From a virus (Duplodnaviria > Caudoviricetes): DNA of 64,000 bases. Below the pieces are notes generated by a model. It was not told the origin of the DNA. It saw only the letters and a list, made by a program, of their open reading frames with translations, and searched no databases. Where the stretch lies: the IMG/VR virus record IMGVR_UViG_3300037067_003221, positions 83,031-147,030 of that record; one strand, 5' to 3'. This document shows, one piece after another, positions 1-8,832 of this stretch (within the stretch, counting starts at the first letter, position 1; each line of letters begins with the position of its first letter). Both the position numbers and the translations under genes were made by a program.

Positions 1-78
1 TAGGGACAACGTCAAGACTTGGCCGACGTAAAAGGTCTCGGTTCATCACCGACCATTCAACTTGAAAATGATAGTAAC

Positions 79-447
79 TCATAGTCTTACCCAGGAAAAT
101 AGGGGATATTTTGTATCCCTGTCAAAGGATTGCATCCTATCATACCCTTCACCAAAACGGTGACGTTGAATAATGCAAAAGGTTTTTCGATTCCGGCTCA
201 TTAGCACTTCAACAGTTGTTATGTCTGTATTAGCATCTGTATGAACCGTTTCCACATATACTCTACCATCCCGCAACTCCAAAACTTTGAACTCATGTTC
301 AAAGTCGATCAACCGACTGTAGTAAAATGTAATCTGTCGGCCTTCATTGGCGGCAATGGCTTTCAAGCCGAAAGAATCAACTGTTTTCGTAGTAATCGAT
401 TCTTCGTTGTCTGCAATTGTCACAGTTGCATCCCTCTTGCGCGCCAT
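79..447 (-). CDS. hypothetical protein
   Basis: ORF with GGAGG-like RBS in the co-oriented minus-strand gene array. Confidence 0.55.
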   Translation of the reverse strand: MARKRDATVTIADNEESITTKTVDSFGLKAIAANEGRQITFYYSRLIDFEHEFKVLELRDGRVYVETVHTDANTDITTVEVLMSRNRKTFCIIQRHRFGEGYDRMQSFDRDTKYPLFSWVRL

Positions 448-910
448 TTACGGCCTCCAATCTGGAAAGAAATTCTTCAAGGCTTTCGCGGGCAGGCTGC
501 AAATCCATGTTCTTAAACCGCTCAGGCACTTCGTAACCAATCAAGTGTGCCCCATGTGCGGCCAGCAATTGATGCACCCATTCCTCTTCGATGGTATGAA
601 CCTCTCCACAAGCACAGCGGCCAATAAGCGTGTCGCAGTTACCGTGGTTGCGTATCTTCGTCCAATATTTTGGCATTGCGATACGGCCATTCTCTTCGGG
701 GGCTAGTGCCAATTGGTCAATAGTTGCGCTGTGGGTGCGAAGAAGTCGCTGAACCCACCCATCATTTTCTTGATGGACACCCCCACATGAGCAGGGTCCA
801 ACCAGCATGTCACATTTCGTGCGATACCGGGCCGACCCATCGATAATACGTTTCGGAAAGGCTTTGGGATATTTAACAAAGCCGCTGGATGCTCGTCGTT
901 TTAGTTGCAT
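377..910 (-). CDS. hypothetical protein with duplicated Cys/His zinc-binding repeat
   Basis: Two copies of CDxLxGxCxCGxVHxxxxxWVxxLL; follows promoter at 930-957. Confidence 0.7.
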   Translation of the reverse strand: MQLKRRASSGFVKYPKAFPKRIIDGSARYRTKCDMLVGPCSCGGVHQENDGWVQRLLRTHSATIDQLALAPEENGRIAMPKYWTKIRNHGNCDTLIGRCACGEVHTIEEEWVHQLLAAHGAHLIGYEVPERFKNMDLQPARESLEEFLSRLEAVNGAQEGCNCDNCRQRRIDYYENS

Positions 911-929
911 AGTTTTGTTCCTCTACACA

Positions 930-957
930 ATCATAGCATACTTTTAGAGGTTGTCAA
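930..957 (-). promoter_or_regulatory. sigma70-type promoter (TTGACA-16-TATGAT, extended -10)
   Basis: Minus strand TTGACAacctctaaaagtaTGcTATGAT in an intergenic gap. Confidence 0.75.
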
Positions 958-964
958 ATGAAAA

Positions 965-1465
965 TCAAGATTTTTTCAAAATAGGGCCAACTTCGTAGTA
1001 ACTCCCTTTAGTTTTGGTAATACCGTCAAGGGGTAAAACATCCCCTTCTTTACGCACACACTTAAAGGGAGTATTCTTTAAGCCGCATCGGCAGCGTAAC
1101 CCGCCATAAATATGGGTTGCCATTCTCATAAAGTTCGACAATGGTGCCCCGACGGCATTGCTGAATTGTTCCCACAAAGTCATTTGTAGCGGATTGTCCA
1201 GTTGTGGACACAGCATTTCTAGCAGTGCTGCCATTTCCATGCCAGTCAACTCGACAGTATATTTGCCGTTACCAAACGCATTGCCATACACTTCCAAAAC
1301 CAGCACCTTGCCGCCCTCTTCACGGGTGTCTCGGAAAGTGGAGGATTGGAACTTACCGTCTTGACAACTATGGTCTAAGACGTAAAACAATTCGGGCTGT
1401 TTATCCTTGTCAATTCGGATGACAGTCTTTTCATCGATACGAGTGTCGTGCGACTTGATAATCAT
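965..1465 (-). CDS. hypothetical protein
   Basis: ORF coupled (ATGA overlap) to upstream gene. Confidence 0.65.
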   Translation of the reverse strand: MIIKSHDTRIDEKTVIRIDKDKQPELFYVLDHSCQDGKFQSSTFRDTREEGGKVLVLEVYGNAFGNGKYTVELTGMEMAALLEMLCPQLDNPLQMTLWEQFSNAVGAPLSNFMRMATHIYGGLRCRCGLKNTPFKCVRKEGDVLPLDGITKTKGSYYEVGPILKKS

Positions 1466-1791
1466 TTTGTAACCCTCGGACGGAGTACCACAACCCGGTC
1501 GCCGGAGCGCAATTCAACTCGCTTACCATAACCCAGGCTTACACACCAAACACTGTTAAAGTGCCGTTTGGCGGGGTCAAGGTCAGTCTTAAACTTGAGC
1601 GGAACCCATGACTGAATCAAGTTCGGCACACCTTTATCGAGGCCGTCTTTGTGTGGTTGAAATTCGCCAAGCATCTTGTAGCCGTGGAATACAGTCGGGG
1701 TCTTGCCCGTGACCCAGTTATATAGGTCAGTCAGCCCACGGCCCAGGATAGTGCAGGCAACGCCAAATACAATTAAAAGGTAGATGTTCAT
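1462..1791 (-). CDS. hypothetical protein with N-terminal TM helix (likely leaderless mRNA)
   Basis: Hydrophobic N-terminus; ATG begins 7 nt after the TATAAT box. Confidence 0.65.
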   Translation of the reverse strand: MNIYLLIVFGVACTILGRGLTDLYNWVTGKTPTVFHGYKMLGEFQPHKDGLDKGVPNLIQSWVPLKFKTDLDPAKRHFNSVWCVSLGYGKRVELRSGDRVVVLRPRVTK

Positions 1792-1797
1792 ACTTCA

Positions 1798-1825
1798 ATT
1801 ATACCATAGTTTCTTAGGTTGTCAA
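1798..1825 (-). promoter_or_regulatory. sigma70 consensus promoter (TTGACA-16-TATAAT, extended -10)
   Basis: Minus strand TTGACAacctaagaaactaTGgTATAAT; shares flank ttttcatTTGACAacct with the 930-957 promoter. Confidence 0.85.
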
Positions 1826-1834
1826 ATGAAAATA

Positions 1835-1863
1835 GCCAGGAAACAGAAAATTCTGTTCCTGGC
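1835..1863 (-). terminator. intrinsic terminator
   Basis: gccaggaaacagaa/ttctgttcctggc hairpin followed by a T-rich tract on the minus strand, just after the stop of 1870..2433. Confidence 0.65.
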
Positions 1864-1869
1864 CTAATG

Positions 1870-2433
1870 CTAACAATTGGTTAATCCGTATAATCCGGCA
1901 TAATCGAAAAATCTCCAACGACCCATACAATCAATTTCTTTGTCAAAAGCGATATGACGCATATAAGCCGTAAGGTCGGACCAAGTTTCAAACATCAACT
2001 CAGGTGGTAGTTCACCCCTCACCCAATCGGGGACTGCCCACAACCCCTGCTCCATGTGGAACAAGATAGGTGCCTTTCGCCGGTTGAGGGTTGTTAGTTC
2101 CTCATGCGTTCCGGTCGAATAACAATTCATATCCAGATGCACGATAGCAAAGTCGCAAATATCACATAGACGCAAATCAATGCAGCGAATCTCTCGCATA
2201 TCGTGGGCCAGCGTTTCCCAGTCACCAATCTCTTTCAAGTGTTTACGCCGTGCATGATCTTCCAAGTCGGGGCATTCATAACCGGGGAACATCGGTTTGT
2301 GGCACGGGTCCAACGAGATAACGTGCAGCTTATCAAGTTCCTTCTTCATTTCTGTGCGCCACCCAACGCCAAAATCAACGGCGTAATCAATCGGCCCTGC
2401 CAGATAACAACGGTTGTAAAATAATCTATTCAT
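1870..2433 (-). CDS. nucleoside 2-deoxyribosyltransferase / dNMP N-glycosidase family
   Basis: YLAGP, CDFAIV and STGTHEE motifs. Confidence 0.8.
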   Translation of the reverse strand: MNRLFYNRCYLAGPIDYAVDFGVGWRTEMKKELDKLHVISLDPCHKPMFPGYECPDLEDHARRKHLKEIGDWETLAHDMREIRCIDLRLCDICDFAIVHLDMNCYSTGTHEELTTLNRRKAPILFHMEQGLWAVPDWVRGELPPELMFETWSDLTAYMRHIAFDKEIDCMGRWRFFDYAGLYGLTNC

Positions 2434-3100
2434 TGACGTAGTATCCTTTCAAAATGCTGATTAACCCATTGACCCCGACACCAATCCTAGAACATCCCGC
2501 CGTTATAAACGCTTCCAACTCTTCTTTTGTCTTTATCCCACCAGAGGCTTTGATGCCCGTGTTGGGGAAAGTCAACAATCCTTGTTTCATATTTTCAACA
2601 TCTTCGAGACTTGCGCCCCGCGAACCGAAGCCTGTGGAAGTTTTTACAAAATTCCACCCAAGAAACCCGGCGTACCAACTGAGTTGCTGAATATCTTGTG
2701 GACTGAGATAACACGTTTCCAAAATCAACTTGATGATTTCAGTCTTAAAGGCCCGTCTAAATCGACGTAATCCGTCAATACATTCATCGCGGTTATCTTG
2801 CCACTCTCGTTGATTCAAAACAACGTCCAATTCCTTTGCGCCCGATACGACTGCCAATTGGGCTTCTCCCTCTTTAGCTCGCCACGGGATATTTCCATGC
2901 GGAAACCCAATAACTGAACATAAACGGTCGTGGGGAAGGAACGGAAGTGATCGAACGGCATCTAAATTGCCACTAGCAACGCACAGGGATGCGCAGTCGT
3001 ATTTTACGACTAGATCAATACCACGTTTCAAGTCGGTAGCGGTAGCGTTTGGGGCTAACACCGCTAAATCGATGAATTTCATTACATCATAAAGTTGCAT
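2426..3100 (-). CDS. deoC: deoxyribose-phosphate aldolase
   Basis: VIGFPHG, GAKELDVV, FVKTSTGF (Schiff-base Lys), GIKASGGI; start moved to ATG at 3100. Confidence 0.92.
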   Translation of the reverse strand: MQLYDVMKFIDLAVLAPNATATDLKRGIDLVVKYDCASLCVASGNLDAVRSLPFLPHDRLCSVIGFPHGNIPWRAKEGEAQLAVVSGAKELDVVLNQREWQDNRDECIDGLRRFRRAFKTEIIKLILETCYLSPQDIQQLSWYAGFLGWNFVKTSTGFGSRGASLEDVENMKQGLLTFPNTGIKASGGIKTKEELEAFITAGCSRIGVGVNGLISILKGYYVNE

Positions 3101-3205
3101 GACATTACCTGTAAAAGAATGTATAGTTTCAAGCAGAGGTACATACAATAGGCACTGACCCCTACAAACGCTACCAACATCAACCCCTCAAGTTTTTCTT
3201 CCATT

Positions 3206-3658
3206 TTAATCCTGGCTGGGGCAAATAGGTAAATCCTCCCTACATTGCGACCCTGAAAATTCCCCAGGTTCAATTTTCCGACGAACCCGTTTCTTCCGCA
3301 CTGGTAGCTGTTTTTCCCGGCAATCTTTCTCACATTCAGCAATTGCTTTGTTGAGAGTTTTGAATGGACGTTTGACAGTTGCAAACGTCCAGGTTTCTCC
3401 GTCCCACTTAAATGCAAAGAATCTTGGCGGAAGTTTTATGCCGAAGGCTTCACTTCGCCAGTAGATTCTATACTGCTTATCCTTCGTCAGCCAATTCTTC
3501 ACCTTCTTCGGGTCGTGCTTCCCAAACTTCACCGTGCGGGAAAACTTCAATTGTGGCTTCTGGGATATTCTTTTCTTCGATGCTTTTCTCACGTTCGATC
3601 TCAACTCGTTCGAGTAATTCACCGTTGCTGTCGAAATAGTATCCAACGTACCGATCAA
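3206..3658 (-). CDS. basic hypothetical protein (start uncertain)
   Basis: Lys/Arg-rich ORF overlapping the 3' end of 3477..3821. Confidence 0.5.
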   Translation of the reverse strand: MIGTLDTISTATVNYSNELRSNVRKASKKRISQKPQLKFSRTVKFGKHDPKKVKNWLTKDKQYRIYWRSEAFGIKLPPRFFAFKWDGETWTFATVKRPFKTLNKAIAECEKDCREKQLPVRKKRVRRKIEPGEFSGSQCREDLPICPSQD

Positions 3659-3821
3659 TTAGTCCTACAAGGACTCCGAAGTTTTCAGGCGTAACCTTAG
3701 TGATAAACGTGCCTGGATTCGGATAAATATTCAGGTTGCTTGGAAGTCGAACAAAATGTGCTTCTGTCAGTATCTTAATTGCATTCTGAAAGCCGGTTAA
3801 TTTTACTTCTGGTTCGTCCAT
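3477..3821 (-). CDS. hypothetical protein with acidic C-terminus
   Basis: ORF tightly packed after 3823..4041. Confidence 0.55.
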   Translation of the reverse strand: MDEPEVKLTGFQNAIKILTEAHFVRLPSNLNIYPNPGTFITKVTPENFGVLVGLIDRYVGYYFDSNGELLERVEIEREKSIEEKNIPEATIEVFPHGEVWEARPEEGEELADEG

Positions 3822-3822
3822 A

Positions 3823-4041
3823 TTATCCCTTCATAATTACACAACGGTCTGGATGTTCCAGCTTTACTGTACGCCCAGCGTCATTAGTTCCAAGCACATG
3901 AAATACGGGTTCTGCTGCTCTAATGGTTTCAATATGCGAAACGTGCATATAGCGCAACCACATTTCCGAGCCACGTCGCACAGGATAAGCGACCTTCATT
4001 CCCGGCATAATTTCCTGTCCAGAAAAGTCCAATGCTGGCAT
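3823..4041 (-). CDS. small hypothetical protein (SH3-like beta-rich)
   Basis: RBS GAGGAG; DFSGQEIMPGMKVAY pattern. Confidence 0.65.
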   Translation of the reverse strand: MPALDFSGQEIMPGMKVAYPVRRGSEMWLRYMHVSHIETIRAAEPVFHVLGTNDAGRTVKLEHPDRCVIMKG

Positions 4042-4043
4042 GA

Positions 4044-4853
4044 TTATTTCTCCTCAAATTGTTTTCTAATGTCAAAAGGTGTCGCTATTCCAACTCCATG
4101 CTCACCCAGCCATCGGCCATTAGGCCAAAAATTACTGGTAGCTTTCTCCAAGCCCCATTCACGGGCAATATTTTCACAGTATTGCCGATCAACGTCACTT
4201 GTGATACAATCCAAACCAAGCTGCTTGCACACTCGCAGGGTCGTGCCCGTGCCCGCAAACGGATCACAAACAGTCTGCCCCGGAATGGCACTCATTCGTA
4301 GGCAGCGTTCCACCAACCCTTCATTAAGTTGTGTTGGGTGCCATGCCCTACGTTGCTTACTATTGCCCGTTACACGCGGGAAGTCAAATACGTCGCCAGG
4401 AACACGGCCTCTGGGGTCTCCTCTTGGGTCGCCGTGCTGCTGCCTCCAAGAGGGTATTCTAATGGCATCCGTGTACCAAGTCTCACCAACCCGATTTATA
4501 CGTATAAGTGGCCGATGATTATTGCCAAGGTCATGCTGATTATGTTGTCCGAACGTGAAAATTTGAACACAATTCTTTGCTTCCAAAGTTCGGTCTGAAT
4601 CGAGTAAATTTGCTACAAGCCTACCAACTTGAAACGTGTGTTTCGCGTTGTAAGAAAACCACACTACGTTGCATTTTTGCACCATCAATTTGATGATCTG
4701 GTCCAACCAAAAGATGTAGTCGAATCCACGCAATTTATCGGAGTATGTTGCATACTTTAAGCCGATATTATCGGGTGGGTCGGCAAAGCCTACTCGTACT
4801 TCCGAGAGGCTTTCCAACAATTCCATCGCATCTGTGCAGATTACTTGTAGCAT
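4044..4853 (-). CDS. DNA N4-C/N6-A methyltransferase, beta class
   Basis: FADPPDN motif IV variant, HPTQ, CDPFAGTGTT motif I near the C-terminus. Confidence 0.85.
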   Translation of the reverse strand: MLQVICTDAMELLESLSEVRVGFADPPDNIGLKYATYSDKLRGFDYIFWLDQIIKLMVQKCNVVWFSYNAKHTFQVGRLVANLLDSDRTLEAKNCVQIFTFGQHNQHDLGNNHRPLIRINRVGETWYTDAIRIPSWRQQHGDPRGDPRGRVPGDVFDFPRVTGNSKQRRAWHPTQLNEGLVERCLRMSAIPGQTVCDPFAGTGTTLRVCKQLGLDCITSDVDRQYCENIAREWGLEKATSNFWPNGRWLGEHGVGIATPFDIRKQFEEK

Positions 4854-4872
4854 TATGCAAATCCTGTGCCAA

Positions 4873-6144
4873 TCAAAAACTGGATACGTCCGCAGCCAGG
4901 GCTGTTTCTGCATCATCTTTGTGTTTTAACAATACGCCTTGTAACTGGGCCATCGATATATTATTTTCCGCAGCTTTTGCTCCAAAAGCATCAGCAAGGA
5001 ATGGATGGTTAGGAAAGAAGCGAAGGAATAAATCAGCCGCTTGTTTCTTATTTGCATTCCCTATCACAACATCCACGTCAACTCGTCCGGGGCGTGTTAA
5101 TGCTGAATCTAATACGTCTCGGCAATTGGTCGTCATAAATAATATGCGGCCTTCACTTGCCATAACACCGTCAATCGCATTCAACAAGCCAGAGAACGTA
5201 ATGTTGTCTCGGTCATCCGTTTTCTTGCGTTCTTTGAACACACAATCCACGTCCTCTACTAGCACGATGCTATGCAGTGGTACATTTGCCATAAGTTCTG
5301 ACAAGCGTTCGTCAGTTAAACTTGTTGTACTTAAATTGAGTGTGCAAATATCCAAATGTAATTCCGAAGCTACAGCGGTTACTATAGACGTTTTACCATT
5401 GCCAGGAGGGCCTGACAATAAATATCCACGTCGATAGGGAATACCTCGATCATTATACCACGCTTCTGCTTCGATGAAATTTTTCACATCTTCCAACAGT
5501 CGGTCGCCAAGTCTGTCAGCAAGTAAAACTGACTCGAATGGCCGTGGTAGCCGCCGTGCAAGTTCAACCCATTCATTATATTCAGGCCGTAAAATCTTAA
5601 TACGGTTGCTGTCGATTGGGTTCGCTAAGTCTCTTGCTTCCGTAATTAAGTCAAGCGCGATCTGTCGATTGCGGCTGAATAATTTAATGGTAAAGGTTTC
5701 ACGATACCCCAATGCTGTCGCTGAGGAGGCACCCACACTTTTACCGCCGCTGGCATTATCTTTCCGTTCTCTGTATAAGATCATTAACCGTTTCTTGTAT
5801 AACAGAAAATGTATCCCAGGAGCGGGCGATAAAATAATCTTTGCAGTTTTAGGGCGGTGGCTATATGGCTCAGTATCATCGTCATCACGTTGACGTTTTG
5901 TACTTACTGTCCACCAGCGGCAGCGTTTTTTATATGGATGTTGGGATAGCCAATAGTTCATCCATTTGAAGGCTTCGTCGCGGTCAGGAATATCTATTTC
6001 CGTCACAATACGTCGCTTAAACCATCCATAGATAGCACCCGGCAACGATTTCAAATATACTAGCAGGCTTCCAGCTATGCCTAAAATTAAACCACCGGAT
6101 AGGAAGGCATTAGACGTTAGCTGCGCCATTAAGGTATCCCACAT
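4873..6144 (-). CDS. BCS1-like membrane-anchored AAA+ ATPase
   Basis: N-terminal TM, PAPGIHF BCS1_N-like segment, GIPYRRGYLLSGPPGNGKTS, VEDVD, TFSGLLNAIDGV, MTTN, LTRPGRVD. Confidence 0.88.
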   Translation of the reverse strand: MWDTLMAQLTSNAFLSGGLILGIAGSLLVYLKSLPGAIYGWFKRRIVTEIDIPDRDEAFKWMNYWLSQHPYKKRCRWWTVSTKRQRDDDDTEPYSHRPKTAKIILSPAPGIHFLLYKKRLMILYRERKDNASGGKSVGASSATALGYRETFTIKLFSRNRQIALDLITEARDLANPIDSNRIKILRPEYNEWVELARRLPRPFESVLLADRLGDRLLEDVKNFIEAEAWYNDRGIPYRRGYLLSGPPGNGKTSIVTAVASELHLDICTLNLSTTSLTDERLSELMANVPLHSIVLVEDVDCVFKERKKTDDRDNITFSGLLNAIDGVMASEGRILFMTTNCRDVLDSALTRPGRVDVDVVIGNANKKQAADLFLRFFPNHPFLADAFGAKAAENNISMAQLQGVLLKHKDDAETALAADVSSF

Positions 6145-6167
6145 GCTTGAATCTCCTATTCCAGTAT

Positions 6168-6392
6168 TTAGTCTGTCTTAATTTCCGTCTGAAAACGGGT
6201 TAAAGTAAACGTAATGGTCGGAAGCAACTCACCAACTTTCACGTTGTCAGGGTCTTTAACAAACCCCAACGTAATGGCAGCTTGCTCAGACCCAGAGGCA
6301 ATCAATGTTTGCTCCATCGCCTTAAAGATTTCAATAATCTTATTGTTTTCAAGAGTACAGATTGCCAACTTATCAGCTAGTTGTTCGTTCAT
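6168..6392 (-). CDS. hypothetical protein
   Basis: ATGA-coupled ORF. Confidence 0.55.
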   Translation of the reverse strand: MNEQLADKLAICTLENNKIIEIFKAMEQTLIASGSEQAAITLGFVKDPDNVKVGELLPTITFTLTRFQTEIKTD

Positions 6393-6706
6393 GCTTTTGC
6401 CTTTTCAATCTTGACTTCGATTGGCAGCCGTTCATCGCGGCTAATGCCGAGGATGTTTTTAATAGCTTTACGAGCATCTGACCGGCAGTGACCTTCTACT
6501 TGGCCCCCGACCTTTTCATTCAAACTCCAATTCCAAGTCGCTGGAATCTTAGGTCCAATTAAACCCTTCCCGCGAAGATATTTCTTCGCAAGGCGATCCC
6601 AAATAACACGACGTTCGGCTTTTGTTAGTGGTTTTCGTTTTTCTTGAAAAACTTCTGAATAGGAATGTCGATCAACACGCCCCGCAACACTCTTTGGAGT
6701 TCCCAT
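6389..6706 (-). CDS. hypothetical protein
   Basis: RBS GAGG; tightly packed ORF. Confidence 0.6.
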   Translation of the reverse strand: MGTPKSVAGRVDRHSYSEVFQEKRKPLTKAERRVIWDRLAKKYLRGKGLIGPKIPATWNWSLNEKVGGQVEGHCRSDARKAIKNILGISRDERLPIEVKIEKAKA

Positions 6707-6709
6707 TAT

Positions 6710-7705
6710 TTACCTCTTAAACATTCGTTGTTCTCTGGTGATTGAAGTTATATACTGCGTCATAGGATCGTCAATCTGCATGTTGATTGCTTGTTGTTCA
6801 AGTAATCGGCAGCGTTCTTGACTTTCCTCAATTGGCAAGTCCGTGAAAATATGGTCATTGACAATCGCAGTCCAACATTCTTGGATTCGCCGAAGAAGAT
6901 TCTCTTGATGTACTTTCGAGATTCTTGCCCGGTGGTTAGCAATACGGAGTAGTGGGTATGGATCATGTGGTTTAGCAACGATCTGATCGATACAAACCAC
7001 GACGTTTTCATCCCCAACTTGTTCGCCAAGCATCCACGAATAAATCGCTAATTGGTCTGCCCAGTCCGAGTTCGATTCTTCGAGCCAGCCGGAGTGGATT
7101 TCGACCCCTTTCCAAATAATTGGGTTGTAGTTTTTGTGCGGGCCATTGCCGCCGCGAGTTGGTTTCGCCGTCTCAGCATCCCAGGAGTCTCGAATAAGCC
7201 GATAGTTTTTGCAAGGACTCGTAGGGCTTCTTGAGCAGTACCCATTGCACTTCCAGTCCAAGATAACGTGCGCCCCAGACGGGTGGACGAATCGTAAATC
7301 TGGTTTACCAAGCAACGGCACATTTTCAATCGTTCCGGTGATCTTAAATTCAAATTGGGGAGCATATTCACTTTGTTTAAGCAAGGTAAGTAGGTCATCG
7401 TAGGCTCCACATTTTCGGTAACAATCGTACACGTACTTGCCGTGTTCCAACGCCCAGTCTCGGTTGTGTTCTTCAACTTGTTCCTCGAACAGAGTTGTGA
7501 ACTCAAACCGTGGGTCTGTTTTCCCAAACAGCGTTTCAAACATTTCCGCCTTGACAAACGCATCGAAAGCTGACCCCAGGCTCATGTAATTGATTTGAGG
7601 AAGTTTAGGGGCACGTACTTCACTTAAATGTTGAAGATAATATTCCTCACGATTCGCCTCCCACAAACCTATTTGTGATGGGCTGAGGTATTCTGGTTTA
7701 CGCAT
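6710..7705 (-). CDS. PD-(D/E)XK nuclease (RecB/Cas4-like exonuclease)
   Basis: YLSPSQI, GSAFD, LLGKPD, ILDWK, QLAIY. Confidence 0.78.
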   Translation of the reverse strand: MRKPEYLSPSQIGLWEANREEYYLQHLSEVRAPKLPQINYMSLGSAFDAFVKAEMFETLFGKTDPRFEFTTLFEEQVEEHNRDWALEHGKYVYDCYRKCGAYDDLLTLLKQSEYAPQFEFKITGTIENVPLLGKPDLRFVHPSGAHVILDWKCNGYCSRSPTSPCKNYRLIRDSWDAETAKPTRGGNGPHKNYNPIIWKGVEIHSGWLEESNSDWADQLAIYSWMLGEQVGDENVVVCIDQIVAKPHDPYPLLRIANHRARISKVHQENLLRRIQECWTAIVNDHIFTDLPIEESQERCRLLEQQAINMQIDDPMTQYITSITREQRMFKR

Positions 7706-8015
7706 TAGTTTTGTCCTCGCAACGTGGTTCGGGGCCGGGTGGAACAATCACAGGTTCCGGTGGAACAATCACAGGTTCCGGTGGAACAATCACAGGTTCC
7801 GGTGGAACAATCATAGGTTCCGGTAGTGGTGGCACAGGATTATCTGGCACTACGATTACTGGATTATCTGGCACAAGAACCGGCACTGGTTTAAGTGCAT
7901 AATACCATCCTGTACAGATAATACCGAGTATCAATCCGGGCATCAAGATCGTCCAAAATAACAAGTCCTCGGTGCATTTTCTATTACGCGGGTTCATAGT
8001 TAGTTCCTTAAACAA
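7698..8015 (-). CDS. Pro-rich membrane-anchored protein
   Basis: TM helix followed by VPDNP and PPEPVIV repeats. Confidence 0.65.
   Translation of the reverse strand: MFKELTMNPRNRKCTEDLLFWTILMPGLILGIICTGWYYALKPVPVLVPDNPVIVVPDNPVPPLPEPMIVPPEPVIVPPEPVIVPPEPVIVPPGPEPRCEDKTNA
7738..7821. repeat. 21-bp tandem repeat x4 (ggtggaacaatcacaggttcc)
   Basis: Three identical contiguous units plus one variant; encodes PPEPVIV. Confidence 0.9.
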
Positions 8016-8832
8016 AAGTGCATGATTTGCACGGTTCAGAAGTTCGTACCTTCATTTGTCTCATTGCTTTAGCTTGTGGACTATTGAACACATCTAAAAT
8101 GTGGTCAGTAGTTACGTCCCCAAGTTGGTATTCACACAGCCCATCCATGCAACATAAGGCTACCTTACCGTCACAGCAGATCGAAAGTTCTTGCGTCCGT
8201 CGGCATGGCCCTATTTGAGCAGCAACAGATGGGGCATCAATATTATTGCACCACCTTCCGCGATACATCAACGCTACAATAGCTGGCTCTGGAAACATTT
8301 TTCGCCCCCAGTCTGACCATTTTCTATCCTCTTCACTATAAGAGGCCACGCGACCAATTACAAGTTGATGCTTTATACCAGCCTCAATTAGTTGTCTGAT
8401 ATTTTTGAGTGTCTTATCAAAATCTAAACCAGTTTCATCTTTATAGAGGCGACTGGTTCGTTGGTTAAGCGAAATCCAGATGTGTGTCATACGTTTGATA
8501 GCCAACAAAGTCGGAATCAAGTCGTTTGGCATGTGATTCAAATTCGTATGAAGTTCAATCCATGCCTTGGGCACTTGTTCATCAATTTGCACCAGCCGTT
8601 GTGAAAACAATGGGTCAAGCATCGGCTCACCCAGTTTGAAAGGCGATATAATAAACGGTTGTGGAATCTCTCTCGCCTCTGTAAGAATCTTCGTGAATAG
8701 TTCCGGTGACATATCGCTAGTGCGTCTAGGCGACCTGTCATGGGGACAGAACCGGCACCTTGAATTGCACCGGCCTGTCGTTTCAATGTGAATACTAGTC
8801 GGATATTCCTTCGTCGTCAAGCTCTCCATCAT
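8008..8832 (-). CDS. radical SAM / SPASM-twitch domain protein
   Basis: CNSRCRFC motif, GEP, C-terminal C..DGKVALCC..LGDV..CKSC. Confidence 0.88.
   Translation of the reverse strand: MMESLTTKEYPTSIHIETTGRCNSRCRFCPHDRSPRRTSDMSPELFTKILTEAREIPQPFIISPFKLGEPMLDPLFSQRLVQIDEQVPKAWIELHTNLNHMPNDLIPTLLAIKRMTHIWISLNQRTSRLYKDETGLDFDKTLKNIRQLIEAGIKHQLVIGRVASYSEEDRKWSDWGRKMFPEPAIVALMYRGRWCNNIDAPSVAAQIGPCRRTQELSICCDGKVALCCMDGLCEYQLGDVTTDHILDVFNSPQAKAMRQMKVRTSEPCKSCTFV

Noticed and set aside
6710-7705. Cas4 of a CRISPR-Cas system
   Set aside because: No array or other cas genes; consistent with a stand-alone phage exonuclease
7738-7821. 21-bp repeats as a CRISPR array
   Set aside because: Units are contiguous with no spacers and encode an in-frame Pro-rich linker
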